From positions 35,167-99,166 of the forward strand of contig JAFWJN010000043.1 of the NCBI GenBank assembly GCA_017514685.1: a stretch of 64,000 nt of DNA, given 5' to 3'. Made by a program: the position numbers and the translations under genes. Below the pieces are notes generated by a model, which did no database searches, was not told the origin of the DNA, and saw nothing but the letters and a program-made list of their open reading frames with translations. Origin of the DNA: Clostridia bacterium (GTDB taxonomy: Bacteria; Bacillota; Clostridia; Christensenellales; CAG-138). This document shows positions 42,395-52,009 of this stretch, piece after piece (the stretch's first letter is position 1; each line of letters begins with the position of its first letter).

Positions 42395-42423
42395 AAAAAA
42401 GAAAAGCCCCGAATCAACGGGGC
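42395..42423 (-). terminator. Terminator downstream of the GH10-like gene
   Basis: Minus strand GCCCCG-TTGATT-CGGGGC followed by TTTTCTTTTTT. Confidence 0.7.
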
Positions 42424-42471
42424 ATAAACGGATAAACTGCTATGAGAGCATTCTGTGGGACATGGGACATG

Positions 42472-43752
42472 TTACAGATTGAATATCAGGTCTTCTTTCC
42501 CGCCGCCGGGATAAAAATGCGGGCGTGTCAGTACCGGGTGGAAAATATGTTTTGTACCATCCGGGAGAGTCACGATCATTTCATAATCCCCGAAGAACAG
42601 TCTGGTACCGGCACAGCCATCGGAAGAGGTATCAAGATCGGCATCGGTATGCCATTGTCTGTGTATCAGGTCGAATAAAGCATGATAAACCGGCTTTGGC
42701 TGCATATTGTCATCGATGACTCCGCCGGGAGCGCCAAGCCAGCGATGATCGGTAAAGTCAAACCAGGACAGTGCTTCAACTGCGGGTTCGCTGAATACAA
42801 GCGTGTAAAAATCGGATGCAAAACCTGCTTGCCAGTACAGGAGTTCTTCATTTTCCAGAAACCGGTTGACCGTTCCGTTGCTGTCGTAGACAAGCTCGCC
42901 AATGGGTGTCCCGCTGCAAACGGAGCACTCGGGAAAATGAATGGGAAAACCGAAGGAGGCGGCGCGTTCGATGACCCGCAGAGTTTCTTCCTCAGGCCAC
43001 AGGTCCCGTTGCATATGGCTCTGCATGCCGATATAGTCAATATCGACATTTTCATCCCTCAGGCGCTTCAGGAAATCGAAATACTCTTCTTTATGAACAT
43101 TCCAGTCACCGTAGATCAATTTAGCATCCGGGCGGAAGGAGCGAACGAGGGAAGAGCCGAATTTCATCATTTCAACCGGACCGGTCCGCTTTACCCAGCG
43201 TGAGACAGGATTGTCAAAACGGTCGTTGACGGTTGTCTCATTGGCAAGATCAAAATAATCAAAATCATTTCCGTAGGTTTCCATCAGATGGGAGATACGG
43301 CGGACATACTCATTCTGCACATCTTCATCTTTCAGCCAATCCGGGCAGAGTTCATGCCAGATCAGCGCGTGGAGCTTTTTTTGAAGATGGTTTTCAGAAG
43401 CCCAGCGGACGAGATTTCCGGTATAAGGTTCCTTGTACTGACCGCGGACCGGTTCATACCACTTCCAATGGAACGGAACCATCGTATAATTGAACAGATC
43501 GGTAAACAAATCCGTAAACCGCTGCTCCTGCTCTTCGGTTGCGTAAGTACCGTGCGCATAGCAGACAGCTCCGAACAAAAACGCATGGTTCTGCATACGC
43601 AAAGAAACATGGGCATGTTCGACAGGCTGACCGTTTTTCAGAATCCGGATGTTCACATCTGTCTTGCGGACCTGTTCGATCCGGCGTCTGGCGTCATTGA
43701 GAACGGAAGAGGAGTAGCGCAGCATAGAACCTCCTGCATACAAACTGAGCAA
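42472..43752 (-). CDS. Glycoside hydrolase, GH10 (xylanase)-like TIM barrel, no signal peptide
   Basis: FGAV...FNYTMVPFHWKWYEPVRGQY...HALIWHE...DLANE...GMQSHM...IHFPECSV parallels the GH10 strand motifs (FG.A, eN.mKW, GH.L.WH, .NE, G.Q.H, .TE.D). Confidence 0.5.
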   Translation of the reverse strand: MLSLYAGGSMLRYSSSVLNDARRRIEQVRKTDVNIRILKNGQPVEHAHVSLRMQNHAFLFGAVCYAHGTYATEEQEQRFTDLFTDLFNYTMVPFHWKWYEPVRGQYKEPYTGNLVRWASENHLQKKLHALIWHELCPDWLKDEDVQNEYVRRISHLMETYGNDFDYFDLANETTVNDRFDNPVSRWVKRTGPVEMMKFGSSLVRSFRPDAKLIYGDWNVHKEEYFDFLKRLRDENVDIDYIGMQSHMQRDLWPEEETLRVIERAASFGFPIHFPECSVCSGTPIGELVYDSNGTVNRFLENEELLYWQAGFASDFYTLVFSEPAVEALSWFDFTDHRWLGAPGGVIDDNMQPKPVYHALFDLIHRQWHTDADLDTSSDGCAGTRLFFGDYEMIVTLPDGTKHIFHPVLTRPHFYPGGGKEDLIFNL

Positions 43753-43877
43753 TCGTTTACCTATATTGTACAGAACCGGATTCGCCTGTCAAGCGTATCT
43801 TCGGAAAAGGGGAGGAGAAACGATTGACAATCGAAAATCGGTATGCTACCATCGAACCGCAGAAAAGGGGAGAAAAC

Positions 43878-44411
43878 ATGAGGATAGCAGCACAGATCAT
43901 CGGATATATTGCGGTTGCGGAAAACTTGCTGATCTATATCAGCAATCGCCGCGAGCGTATTTTGCTGATGAAATTTATCTCCGATGCTCTGTGGCTGATC
44001 AACTATGTTCTTCTGGGCGGTTTTACCGGTGCGGCACTCAACGGGGTCGCCATGATGCGAGAGGCAGTGTTCTCTTTGCGTGACCGTTATCGCTGGGCGA
44101 ATGCAAAATGGATCCCGGCAATATTTTTAGCTTTCACATGGATTTCTCCCGTGCTGGAATGGATACGCAATGAAGCGTTTTCCTGGCAGCCCCTTCTGCC
44201 GGCTGTCGGCAGTATGATTTTTGTTCTGGGATTCTATTCCAAACACACGATGCGGACCAAAGTCAGTTCCCTGTTCGGATGCGCTCTCTGGTTGACCTAC
44301 GCGGTTCTGCTGTCCAACTGGGCAGGAATGGTCGGCAATATTCTGATGCTGATTTCCGCTGTTGTCGGTATCGTTCATGAAAAACAGAAACAAGAGGATC
44401 CGGTTCAGTGA
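43878..44411 (+). CDS. ygjV: YgjV-family inner membrane protein
   Basis: GGGGAGAAAAC SD before the ATG at 43878. IGYIAVAENLLIYISNRRERILLMKFISDALWLINYVLLG matches the YgjV pattern. Confidence 0.6.
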   Translation: MRIAAQIIGYIAVAENLLIYISNRRERILLMKFISDALWLINYVLLGGFTGAALNGVAMMREAVFSLRDRYRWANAKWIPAIFLAFTWISPVLEWIRNEAFSWQPLLPAVGSMIFVLGFYSKHTMRTKVSSLFGCALWLTYAVLLSNWAGMVGNILMLISAVVGIVHEKQKQEDPVQ

Positions 44412-45067
44412 AAACCCATACACGAGATAAAGCGGAACGCGCTAAAAGAAGATCGGAAATCCGTCTGAAGCTGATGCTCTTTCTGGGGAAAGTCTGTGAT
44501 TTTCTGCTGATAGGGCTTATCAGCCTGATTTGCTCGCTCCCGCTGATTACGCTGGGCGCGGCGGCAGCTGCTTTCTACACAGAAGGAGTGGATATGATCC
44601 GGGGAGAGGAAGGTTCCGTTTATCGGGATTATTTCCGTGTGTTCAAAGAACAGTTCCGGCATGTGACGCCGATCTGGATCGTTCTGCTTGTTTTTCAGAT
44701 CCTTCTGATTGCAAATGTCCTTTTCTATTTCTGGTATGCATCTGCCGGTGCAGTCTGGGCACAGTTCGGACTGGGGATTTGCGGAGCTGTAGCCCTATTG
44801 CTCTCTTTTGCAGGCAGTTTTTTGTTTCCAATTCTTGCTAAAAATGAAGATCTGCGGGGACGCGACGCCATCCGTTTCTCCTTTCTGCTGGCACTGAAAC
44901 AGCTTAAATGGTGGGCACTGAAGTTCCTGGTGCAGGCTGTTCTGATCATCGCGGCCTGGTTTTTCCCGTTTCTGATCCTTTTTCTTCCGGGGGCACTGCT
45001 CTTCTGGAATAGTTTTTGCTACGATCGCGCATTTAAATCTCAATTCCCGGAAAATAACATCAAGTAA
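44408..45067 (+). CDS. YesL/DUF624-family membrane protein (start uncertain)
   Basis: KVCDFLLIGLISLICSLPLITLGAAAAAFY is typical of DUF624. The GTG at 44408 overlaps the ygjV stop, and ATG 44474 is an alternative start. Confidence 0.55.
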   Translation: MKTHTRDKAERAKRRSEIRLKLMLFLGKVCDFLLIGLISLICSLPLITLGAAAAAFYTEGVDMIRGEEGSVYRDYFRVFKEQFRHVTPIWIVLLVFQILLIANVLFYFWYASAGAVWAQFGLGICGAVALLLSFAGSFLFPILAKNEDLRGRDAIRFSFLLALKQLKWWALKFLVQAVLIIAAWFFPFLILFLPGALLFWNSFCYDRAFKSQFPENNIK

Positions 45068-45081
45068 TTCGCAAATAGCAT

Positions 45082-45110
45082 TTGACAGAATGCCTGCGCT
45101 TTTGTAAAAT
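45082..45110 (+). promoter_or_regulatory. Promoter of the glycan-utilisation operon
   Basis: TTGACA-N17-TAAAAT. Confidence 0.55.
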
Positions 45111-45118
45111 ATATATTA

Positions 45119-45132
45119 AGAAAACGTTTACT
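45119..45132. promoter_or_regulatory. Candidate CcpA cre site
   Basis: AGAAAACGTTTACT compared with the cre consensus TGWAANCGNTNWCA. It lies just downstream of the -10. Confidence 0.4.
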
Positions 45133-45155
45133 CAAAACGGCGCGGGTGGGGAATT

Positions 45156-48080
45156 ATGAGGAAAAAATGGGTTTCACTGTTATTATCCTTCTGCATGCTG
45201 ATGATTCCGGTCATGGGGATATTCCCTGTGTCATATGCACACGCGGATGAGGGACGAACACTTTCGGATCATCCATCCGTCACGGGACAATTCGATTACG
45301 CGGATTATCTGGAAGCACACGGCAATCCGGCGGGGAAAACACCTGATGCACGTATTGAACTGGCAGCACAGGATGTACTGGAAACGGATGCGTATCTGTG
45401 CGATTACATGGGCGAAAGCAACGTGCTGTACTGGGACGTAATAGGTTCCTCCTATTCCTGGCAGTTTACGGCGGAGCAGGAAGGATACTACCGGCTTGCA
45501 CTGAAATATGCCGGAGTTCCCGGAAAAAATTATGATATTACGCTGGATGTGCTGCTGGACGGCACTTCACCGTACATCAACACGCAGAGCGTCAAATTAC
45601 ACCGCCTGTTTCTGGATGAAACATATATTGCAGAAAACAATAATGTGTTTCGGCAGAATATCCGGGGCGATGAAATCATGCCGTCATTGACGGAACAATA
45701 TCAATGGCAGACACAGCTGCTGTACGATTCACAGTCGGAGTATTCCGCTCCGCTGTACTACTGGCTCGATGCGGGAGAGCACACTCTCACATTGGAACTG
45801 AAGGAAGAATCGTTCGCACTTGCGGCTGCTGTTTTTTATAATCTGCCCGAAACAGAATCTTATTCCGAAACTTTGGCACGTCAGTCCGATCTGCAGGATT
45901 CCGACGGCGTGCTTCTTTGCTATGAAGCGGAAAAAGGGTATCTGAAAAACGACGTTACTCTGTTCGCAACATATGATACCGCTTACAGCCATGTCACACC
46001 GGCCAGCGCAGAGAACACTCTATATAATACGATTGGGAAAAACACCTGGAAAAAAATCGGACAGCAGATCACGTGGGAGATTGAAGCTCCGGAAGACGGA
46101 TTCTATTATCTGGCATTCAAAGTGAAACAGTACGATAAGAGCAACGCTTATGTAACGCGTGCGGTTACGATCGACGGAGAAGAGATCTGCAGAGAAGCAA
46201 ACGCCGTCAAGTTTACTTATCAGACGGGATGGTATGTGCGGCGCCTGGAAACAGACGCAGGAGATCCGATTAAGGTATATCTGACAAAAGGCCGTCATGT
46301 GCTTGGACTTCAGGCGGTTCTTGATGAGGAACTTGCGGAAGTTCTGCGCGGCGTGAACGGAACAATGGAACGCCTGCAGGGCTGGTATCGTGAGATCATC
46401 AAAATCACAGGGTTCAACGCAGATGCCGGACGTATCACGATAGACGCCAACCGTGACTTCAACCTGGATAAGACCGTTCCAGGCCTTTTGGAAGGGCTGC
46501 GGCAATGCAGGGATGAACTGGATGGCTATTATCAGCGGGTCGATGAAATTACCGGAATCAGTACGGCAAGCGCTTCGATCCTTTCTGAAACATCATCTCT
46601 TCTCGGCAAACTGATCAAACGTCCCAAGCGGATCGTCCCGCAGATAGAAACTCTTCGAGGTGATATCTCCAGCCTTGCGACTTGGGTTATTGATATGCAG
46701 ACGCAGCCGCTGCAGATGGATAAATTCTATCTCTACTCACCGGATGTCGGCACACCGAAAGTCGAGAACAGTTTCTTCGGTCAGATCTGGTACCGGATGA
46801 AGATGTTTTTCCATTCCTTTACCGGAAAAACGACTGCTGTGGCGGGAACAGTGGAAACAGATACGGATGCCCCGACGATCCGCGTCTGGATCTCAACTGC
46901 GGATATCACAACGACAGGCGCTTCCTCCGGCCGTGATCAGGCGATAATTTTGAAGCGTCTGATCGATGAATCCTTTACTGCTGAAACAGGCATCAATGTG
47001 GAAGTCAGTCTCGTCTCCAGTTCAAGCACGCTTGTACAGGCGGTACTTGCCGGAGAAGGACCGGATGTCGCTTTGTTTACTTCAACTGATACGCCTGTCA
47101 ACCTTGCGATGCGTGGAGCAGTACTTGACTTAAGCCGGTTCGAGGGCTTTGACGAAACAATTGCCCAGTTTACCGAAAGCGCAGTCAAACCCTTCTGGTA
47201 TCAGGGCGGATGCTACGCTCTACCCGAAACCCAGAATTTCAATGTCCTGTTTTATCGTTCGGATGTTTATGAAGAACTCGGACTTGAACCGCCGAAGACA
47301 TGGGAAGAGTTCTATGAACAGGTGATTTTCCTTTCCAATAACAACTATATGGTGGGCGTCCCGCAGAATCAGAACACCTTCGAAACGTTTCTGTACCAGT
47401 CAGGGACAACGTTTTATACTGAAGATTTTTCGAAGTCAACCTTTGATACGGAAGCGGCGCTTAACGCGTTTGAACAGTGGACAGGGCTTTATACCAAGTA
47501 CAGCCTGTCTTTGATTTTCGATTTCTTCAACCGGTTCCGCAGCGGAGAAATGGTCCTGGCGATCATGCCCTATAACCAGGTGAATTATCTGTATTCCGCA
47601 GCGCCTGAACTGGATGGCCTCTGGGGCATCGCAGAAATACCCGTAACGATACGGGAAGACGGGGTACGGTCCGGTGTGGTGACCTGTTCCTCGACGGGGT
47701 GTATCGCTCTGAAAGGAACGCAGCATCCGGAAGAGGCATACCGCTTCCTGAACTGGTGGGTCAGCGGAAAGGCGCAGGGAGACTTCGGAACGCAGGTGGA
47801 GCAGACACTTGGCGTTGCGGCACGTTACGGAACAGCAAACCTGGAAGCGTTTGAGCGGATTCCCTGGAACACAGACCAGGCCGAGATTATCCGGAAACAA
47901 CGCGCCAATACGGTCGCGGTCGAACAGATTCCCGGTAATTACTATATCGCAAGAAATCTTTCTTTCGCATTCCGAGCTGTTGTATATAACAAGGCTAACC
48001 TGAGAGAAACGCTGTATAAGTACAACATTGAAATCAACAAAGAGCTTGCCCGCAAGCAAAAAGAATTCAGTTATCGGTAA
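45156..48080 (+). CDS. Giant (974 aa) extracellular solute-binding protein with ~550-aa N-terminal extension
   Basis: Signal peptide. Two internally similar beta-sandwich-like segments (YSWQFTAEQEGYYRLALKYAG..., ITWEIEAPEDGFYYLAFKVKQYD...). A CUT1-type SBP domain runs from ~aa 590 (IRVWISTADITT...YALPETQNFNVLFYR). Confidence 0.7.
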   Translation: MRKKWVSLLLSFCMLMIPVMGIFPVSYAHADEGRTLSDHPSVTGQFDYADYLEAHGNPAGKTPDARIELAAQDVLETDAYLCDYMGESNVLYWDVIGSSYSWQFTAEQEGYYRLALKYAGVPGKNYDITLDVLLDGTSPYINTQSVKLHRLFLDETYIAENNNVFRQNIRGDEIMPSLTEQYQWQTQLLYDSQSEYSAPLYYWLDAGEHTLTLELKEESFALAAAVFYNLPETESYSETLARQSDLQDSDGVLLCYEAEKGYLKNDVTLFATYDTAYSHVTPASAENTLYNTIGKNTWKKIGQQITWEIEAPEDGFYYLAFKVKQYDKSNAYVTRAVTIDGEEICREANAVKFTYQTGWYVRRLETDAGDPIKVYLTKGRHVLGLQAVLDEELAEVLRGVNGTMERLQGWYREIIKITGFNADAGRITIDANRDFNLDKTVPGLLEGLRQCRDELDGYYQRVDEITGISTASASILSETSSLLGKLIKRPKRIVPQIETLRGDISSLATWVIDMQTQPLQMDKFYLYSPDVGTPKVENSFFGQIWYRMKMFFHSFTGKTTAVAGTVETDTDAPTIRVWISTADITTTGASSGRDQAIILKRLIDESFTAETGINVEVSLVSSSSTLVQAVLAGEGPDVALFTSTDTPVNLAMRGAVLDLSRFEGFDETIAQFTESAVKPFWYQGGCYALPETQNFNVLFYRSDVYEELGLEPPKTWEEFYEQVIFLSNNNYMVGVPQNQNTFETFLYQSGTTFYTEDFSKSTFDTEAALNAFEQWTGLYTKYSLSLIFDFFNRFRSGEMVLAIMPYNQVNYLYSAAPELDGLWGIAEIPVTIREDGVRSGVVTCSSTGCIALKGTQHPEEAYRFLNWWVSGKAQGDFGTQVEQTLGVAARYGTANLEAFERIPWNTDQAEIIRKQRANTVAVEQIPGNYYIARNLSFAFRAVVYNKANLRETLYKYNIEINKELARKQKEFSYR

Positions 48081-48091
48081 AGGAGCATGCC

Positions 48092-49012
48092 ATGGAGTCC
48101 GCAACCGCAGTTCGAAAAAACAAGCGCAGATTCACCAGCCGACTGAAAAAGCAGCTGCCGAGCATAGCGTTTCTGTCACCGTTTACCATCTTTTTTGTGA
48201 TGTTCACAATCGTTCCGATTCTTGCCGCGATTGTTTTGAGCTTCACGTATTTCAACATGGTCAGCGCGCCGACATTTGTCGGGTTCGACAATTATATCCG
48301 CCTGTTTTTCAATGATGATGTTTTCCTGATCGCTCTCAGGAATACGGCGATCTTCGCTATGATCACAGGGCCGATCAGCTATATCCTGTCCTTTTTCGTT
48401 GCATGGCTGATCAATGAATTCAACCGGACGGTGCGCACGATCCTGACCTTGATTTTCTACCTGCCGTCGCTTGCCGGCAACGTCTACTTTGTCTGGACTT
48501 ATATTTTCTCCGGTGACAGTTACGGCTTTTTAAACAGTATCCTGATGCGCCTTGGCATGATTTTCGGACCGGTGCAATGGCTGACCGATACCAAGTATAT
48601 GATGGCAGTCGTAATCGTTGTCATTCTGTGGCTCTCACTTGGAACGGGCTTCCTTTCCTTTGTTGCAGGTCTGCAGTCCTTAAACCGCGAACTGTTTGAA
48701 GCGGCGGCGATCGACGGACTGCCGAACCGGTTTGCGGAACTCTGGTACATCACGCTTCCGCAAATGGGACCGCAGCTTCTGTTCGGCGCGGTCATGCAGA
48801 TTTCGACTTCGTTTGCAATCGGTTATGAATGTATGAATCTGACAGGCTTTCCCAGTACGGATTATGCGACACAGACGCTTGTCCTGCATATCCTGGACTT
48901 CGGTCAGGTGCGTTATGAGATGGGTTATGCCTGCGCGATCGCGGTCATTCTGTTCGCGATTATGCTTCTGATGTGGAAAGTGATCAACAAAGTCCTTTCC
49001 AAGTGGCTGTAA
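48092..49012 (+). CDS. Carbohydrate ABC transporter permease (MalF-like)
   Basis: EAA loop EAAAIDGLPNRFAELWYITLPQM. 6 TM. Confidence 0.85.
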   Translation: MESATAVRKNKRRFTSRLKKQLPSIAFLSPFTIFFVMFTIVPILAAIVLSFTYFNMVSAPTFVGFDNYIRLFFNDDVFLIALRNTAIFAMITGPISYILSFFVAWLINEFNRTVRTILTLIFYLPSLAGNVYFVWTYIFSGDSYGFLNSILMRLGMIFGPVQWLTDTKYMMAVVIVVILWLSLGTGFLSFVAGLQSLNRELFEAAAIDGLPNRFAELWYITLPQMGPQLLFGAVMQISTSFAIGYECMNLTGFPSTDYATQTLVLHILDFGQVRYEMGYACAIAVILFAIMLLMWKVINKVLSKWL

Positions 49013-49024
49013 GGGGGTGACAAA

Positions 49025-49918
49025 ATGGAAACAGCAACTGTAAAAACACCCCAAAAGCGTGAAAAACGGTATCATCGGGTTATCTTGTCCCGGTCCAAGA
49101 GCGGAACATTCCTGATTTTTCTGTTCCTGTTTTTGATCGGTGCGTTCATGGTGCTTCCGCTTGTGTACGTTCTGGTTACCGCGTTCAAACCTCTTAACGA
49201 GATCCTTGCTTATCCTCCGAAGTTTTTTGTACGGCATCCGACCCTGTCAAACTTCCGCGACCTGATCGAGATTACTCAGGAGACGTGGGTACCGTTTGAA
49301 CGCTCGCTGTTCAATTCGATGATGCTCGCCATACTCGGAACGTTTATTTACATCATCATCGCATCGCTTGCGGCGTATCCGCTTGCCAAGAACAAGAGCA
49401 AATGGGTTTACATTTATTATCAGGTCGTCGTCCTGGCGATTCTGTTCCGTCCTGAGGTCACACGAACGCCGCTGTATATTATTATCAGCAGGCTGGGACT
49501 GATCAACACATACTGGTCGCTGCTGCTTCCGGTGCTGGCAGGAAGCTTCGGCGTGTTCCTCATGCGTCAGTTCATGATGACGATTCCCGACGAGATGATC
49601 GAGGCGGCGCGGATTGACGGCGCCAGCGAGTTTACAATCTTCTGGAAACTGATCATGCCTGCGGTCAAGCCGGCATGGATGACGCTGACCATTTTTACCT
49701 TTAAAGATCTTTGGAATACCGGTGAAACACAGTATATCTACGAAGAAACCTTAAAGACGCTTACCGCGGTAATGCAGTCGATCTCTTCCGCCGGTATTGC
49801 CCGTGCCGGTGCAGGAGCGGTCGTTGCGCTGATTATGATGATTCCTCCCGTCGTGGTGTTCATCATCTCACAGTCTTCTGTCATGGAGACAATGGCGACC
49901 TCCGGCATCAAAGGATAA
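49025..49918 (+). CDS. Carbohydrate ABC transporter permease (MalG-like)
   Basis: EAA loop EAARIDGASEFTIFWKLIMPAVKP. Confidence 0.85.
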   Translation: METATVKTPQKREKRYHRVILSRSKSGTFLIFLFLFLIGAFMVLPLVYVLVTAFKPLNEILAYPPKFFVRHPTLSNFRDLIEITQETWVPFERSLFNSMMLAILGTFIYIIIASLAAYPLAKNKSKWVYIYYQVVVLAILFRPEVTRTPLYIIISRLGLINTYWSLLLPVLAGSFGVFLMRQFMMTIPDEMIEAARIDGASEFTIFWKLIMPAVKPAWMTLTIFTFKDLWNTGETQYIYEETLKTLTAVMQSISSAGIARAGAGAVVALIMMIPPVVVFIISQSSVMETMATSGIKG

Positions 49919-49931
49919 GGAGGGGGACGAT

Positions 49932-51356
49932 ATGAGAAGAGTCAAAACAATCGCGATTCTGATCCTTTCGATCCTGCTGCTTGTACCGTCGCTGGCACTT
50001 GCAGAAGATTCCGAAGTTCCGTACCAGACTTATACATATGACAGATGGGGAAATCCGACACCGACACCTAACGCATATCTTCCAAACCGCAGCATCGGGG
50101 GCGCACAGCTCGGCTGCGGAAATCTGAACAATGCTCAGGACCTCTTTTACAGTCAGGCTCTGCAGGAAATCTATGTGGTGGATTCCGGCAATGCGCGGAT
50201 TCTGGTTCTGAATCCGGACTTCACTTTAAAGCGTGAGATCACAGAACTCGCCGGCGGTTACCGGCTTTCGAATCCGCAGGGAATCTATGTGCAGGATGAC
50301 GGAACGATGTACATTTGCGACATGGGAAACCAGCAGGTCGTGGAAGCAGACGGACAGGGAAATCTTGTCCGGATTCTGCCGACCCCAGAATCGCCGCTGC
50401 TTCCGGACAACTTCAACTATCTTCCGATTAAGGTCGTGGTGGATGATCATGGCCGTATTTATATCTTGTCCCGCGGCATCTATCAGGGGCTGATTTATCT
50501 GGAACCGGACGGAACATTCATCAAGTTCTTCGGAGCGAACGAGGTTGAAATGACCCTGATGCGCAGTGTGCAGAAGTTGTGGAAATCAATCTTAAGCGAT
50601 AAAGCCGCAGCGTCCATGCAGTCATTTAACCCGATTGAATACAGTAATCTTTATATGAATGACGAGGGCTATATCTTCGCAACGGCAGCCGGCAGTGAAA
50701 ATGGAGCGAAGGTTCTTACACAGCTGAATCCTCTCGGAATCAATGTGCTGTCCTGGGCGGGCGGCAGTGAAACGCTGCTCTATTCGGATGTTGTGGAACG
50801 GAATGGCATTATCACATTGCTGGATACGAACGGTGGACATCTGATCCAGACAACAGTACAGCGTGAACGCGGAAATTCAATGCAGATCACGTTCGGAGGA
50901 ATCGGCCAGCAGCGGGGATTGTTCCAGAAACCGTCTTCAATTGCTGAGATCAATGGAAACCTTTATGTGCTTGATGCAGAGAAAAACACCATTACCGAGT
51001 TTGTTCTGACGGATTTCGGACGGGAGATCCGGGAAGCGATCACGCTCTATAACCAGGGGCAGTACGTGGAGAGCATTGAACCGTGGAAGCAGGTTGTGCG
51101 GCACAATTCCAATTACCTTTCCGGTTATACGGGACTTGGAAAAGCTTACTATCAGCTTGGTGAGTATGAAACCGCTATGTACTATTTCAACCTTGCGGGT
51201 GACCGGCAGAATTATTCACTTGCATTTAAGGAGCAGTCGCTGATCGTTATGCGCGACGCATTCCCGTACGTCGCGAGCGCGCTGATCGTTCTGGTCATCG
51301 GAGGGCTGATCCTGGGGCGCATTCTCAAAAAGAGAAAGGAGGTGCGTCATGGATAA
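49932..51356 (+). CDS. Secreted NHL-repeat beta-propeller-like protein with TPR unit and C-terminal membrane anchor
   Basis: Signal peptide. Repeated segments of the type IYVVDSGNARILVL, MYICDMGNQQVVEA, IYILSRGIYQGLIYL and LYVLDAEKNTITEF. TPR unit GLGKAYYQLGEYETAMYYFNLAG. C-terminal TM helix VASALIVLVIGGLILG. Confidence 0.55.
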   Translation: MRRVKTIAILILSILLLVPSLALAEDSEVPYQTYTYDRWGNPTPTPNAYLPNRSIGGAQLGCGNLNNAQDLFYSQALQEIYVVDSGNARILVLNPDFTLKREITELAGGYRLSNPQGIYVQDDGTMYICDMGNQQVVEADGQGNLVRILPTPESPLLPDNFNYLPIKVVVDDHGRIYILSRGIYQGLIYLEPDGTFIKFFGANEVEMTLMRSVQKLWKSILSDKAAASMQSFNPIEYSNLYMNDEGYIFATAAGSENGAKVLTQLNPLGINVLSWAGGSETLLYSDVVERNGIITLLDTNGGHLIQTTVQRERGNSMQITFGGIGQQRGLFQKPSSIAEINGNLYVLDAEKNTITEFVLTDFGREIREAITLYNQGQYVESIEPWKQVVRHNSNYLSGYTGLGKAYYQLGEYETAMYYFNLAGDRQNYSLAFKEQSLIVMRDAFPYVASALIVLVIGGLILGRILKKRKEVRHG

Positions 51357-51996
51357 GGTAAAAACATTCTGGAAGGATGCCGGAGCAGGCATCCGGCATG
51401 TTTTCTATACGATGTTTCATCCGGTCAACGGCTTTGACCAGATCAAGTGGGAAAAGAAGGGCAGCGTCGCGGCATGCTGTCTGATCCTCCTGGTGTTCTT
51501 CCTGTCCAATGTGTTTGATCAGGTACTGACAGGCTTTATCTTCAATACCTTCAATCCTGACCGGATCTCCGTTCCCTCGATTTTTCTCATCACGATAGGC
51601 GGGTTCGCAATTGTCTATGTTTCCAATTGGGCGGCAGGATCCCTGATGTTCTCTGAAGGAGAGAACCGTGATATTTTCATCACGTTATGCTATGCGTTGG
51701 TACCGTATACCATCTTTGATCTGATCTATATCCTGCTGACAAACTTTGCAAATCTCGAGGTTGCCGCATTTCTTACGGCTTTGCTCGTAATCGGATTTCT
51801 GTGGAGCGGTTTCATTCTGGTGGTCGGCATGTACTATGTCCATCAGTTCACGTTCGGAGAACTGCTTTTAAACCTGCTGCTGACAGCGATCGGCATTGCG
51901 ATTATTCTGTTCCTGCTGCTTTTAGGGTATTCCCTGATACAGCAGATCATCACGTTTGTGGTTACGATCTATAACGAGATCGTATTCCGTCTATAG
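51349..51996 (+). CDS. Yip1-domain membrane protein
   Basis: 5 TM. The N-terminus (FYTMFHPVNGFDQIKWEKKGS) is typical of bacterial YIP1-family proteins found in such loci. Confidence 0.5.
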   Translation: MDKVKTFWKDAGAGIRHVFYTMFHPVNGFDQIKWEKKGSVAACCLILLVFFLSNVFDQVLTGFIFNTFNPDRISVPSIFLITIGGFAIVYVSNWAAGSLMFSEGENRDIFITLCYALVPYTIFDLIYILLTNFANLEVAAFLTALLVIGFLWSGFILVVGMYYVHQFTFGELLLNLLLTAIGIAIILFLLLLGYSLIQQIITFVVTIYNEIVFRL

Positions 51997-52009
51997 GGAG
52001 GGGATCGGC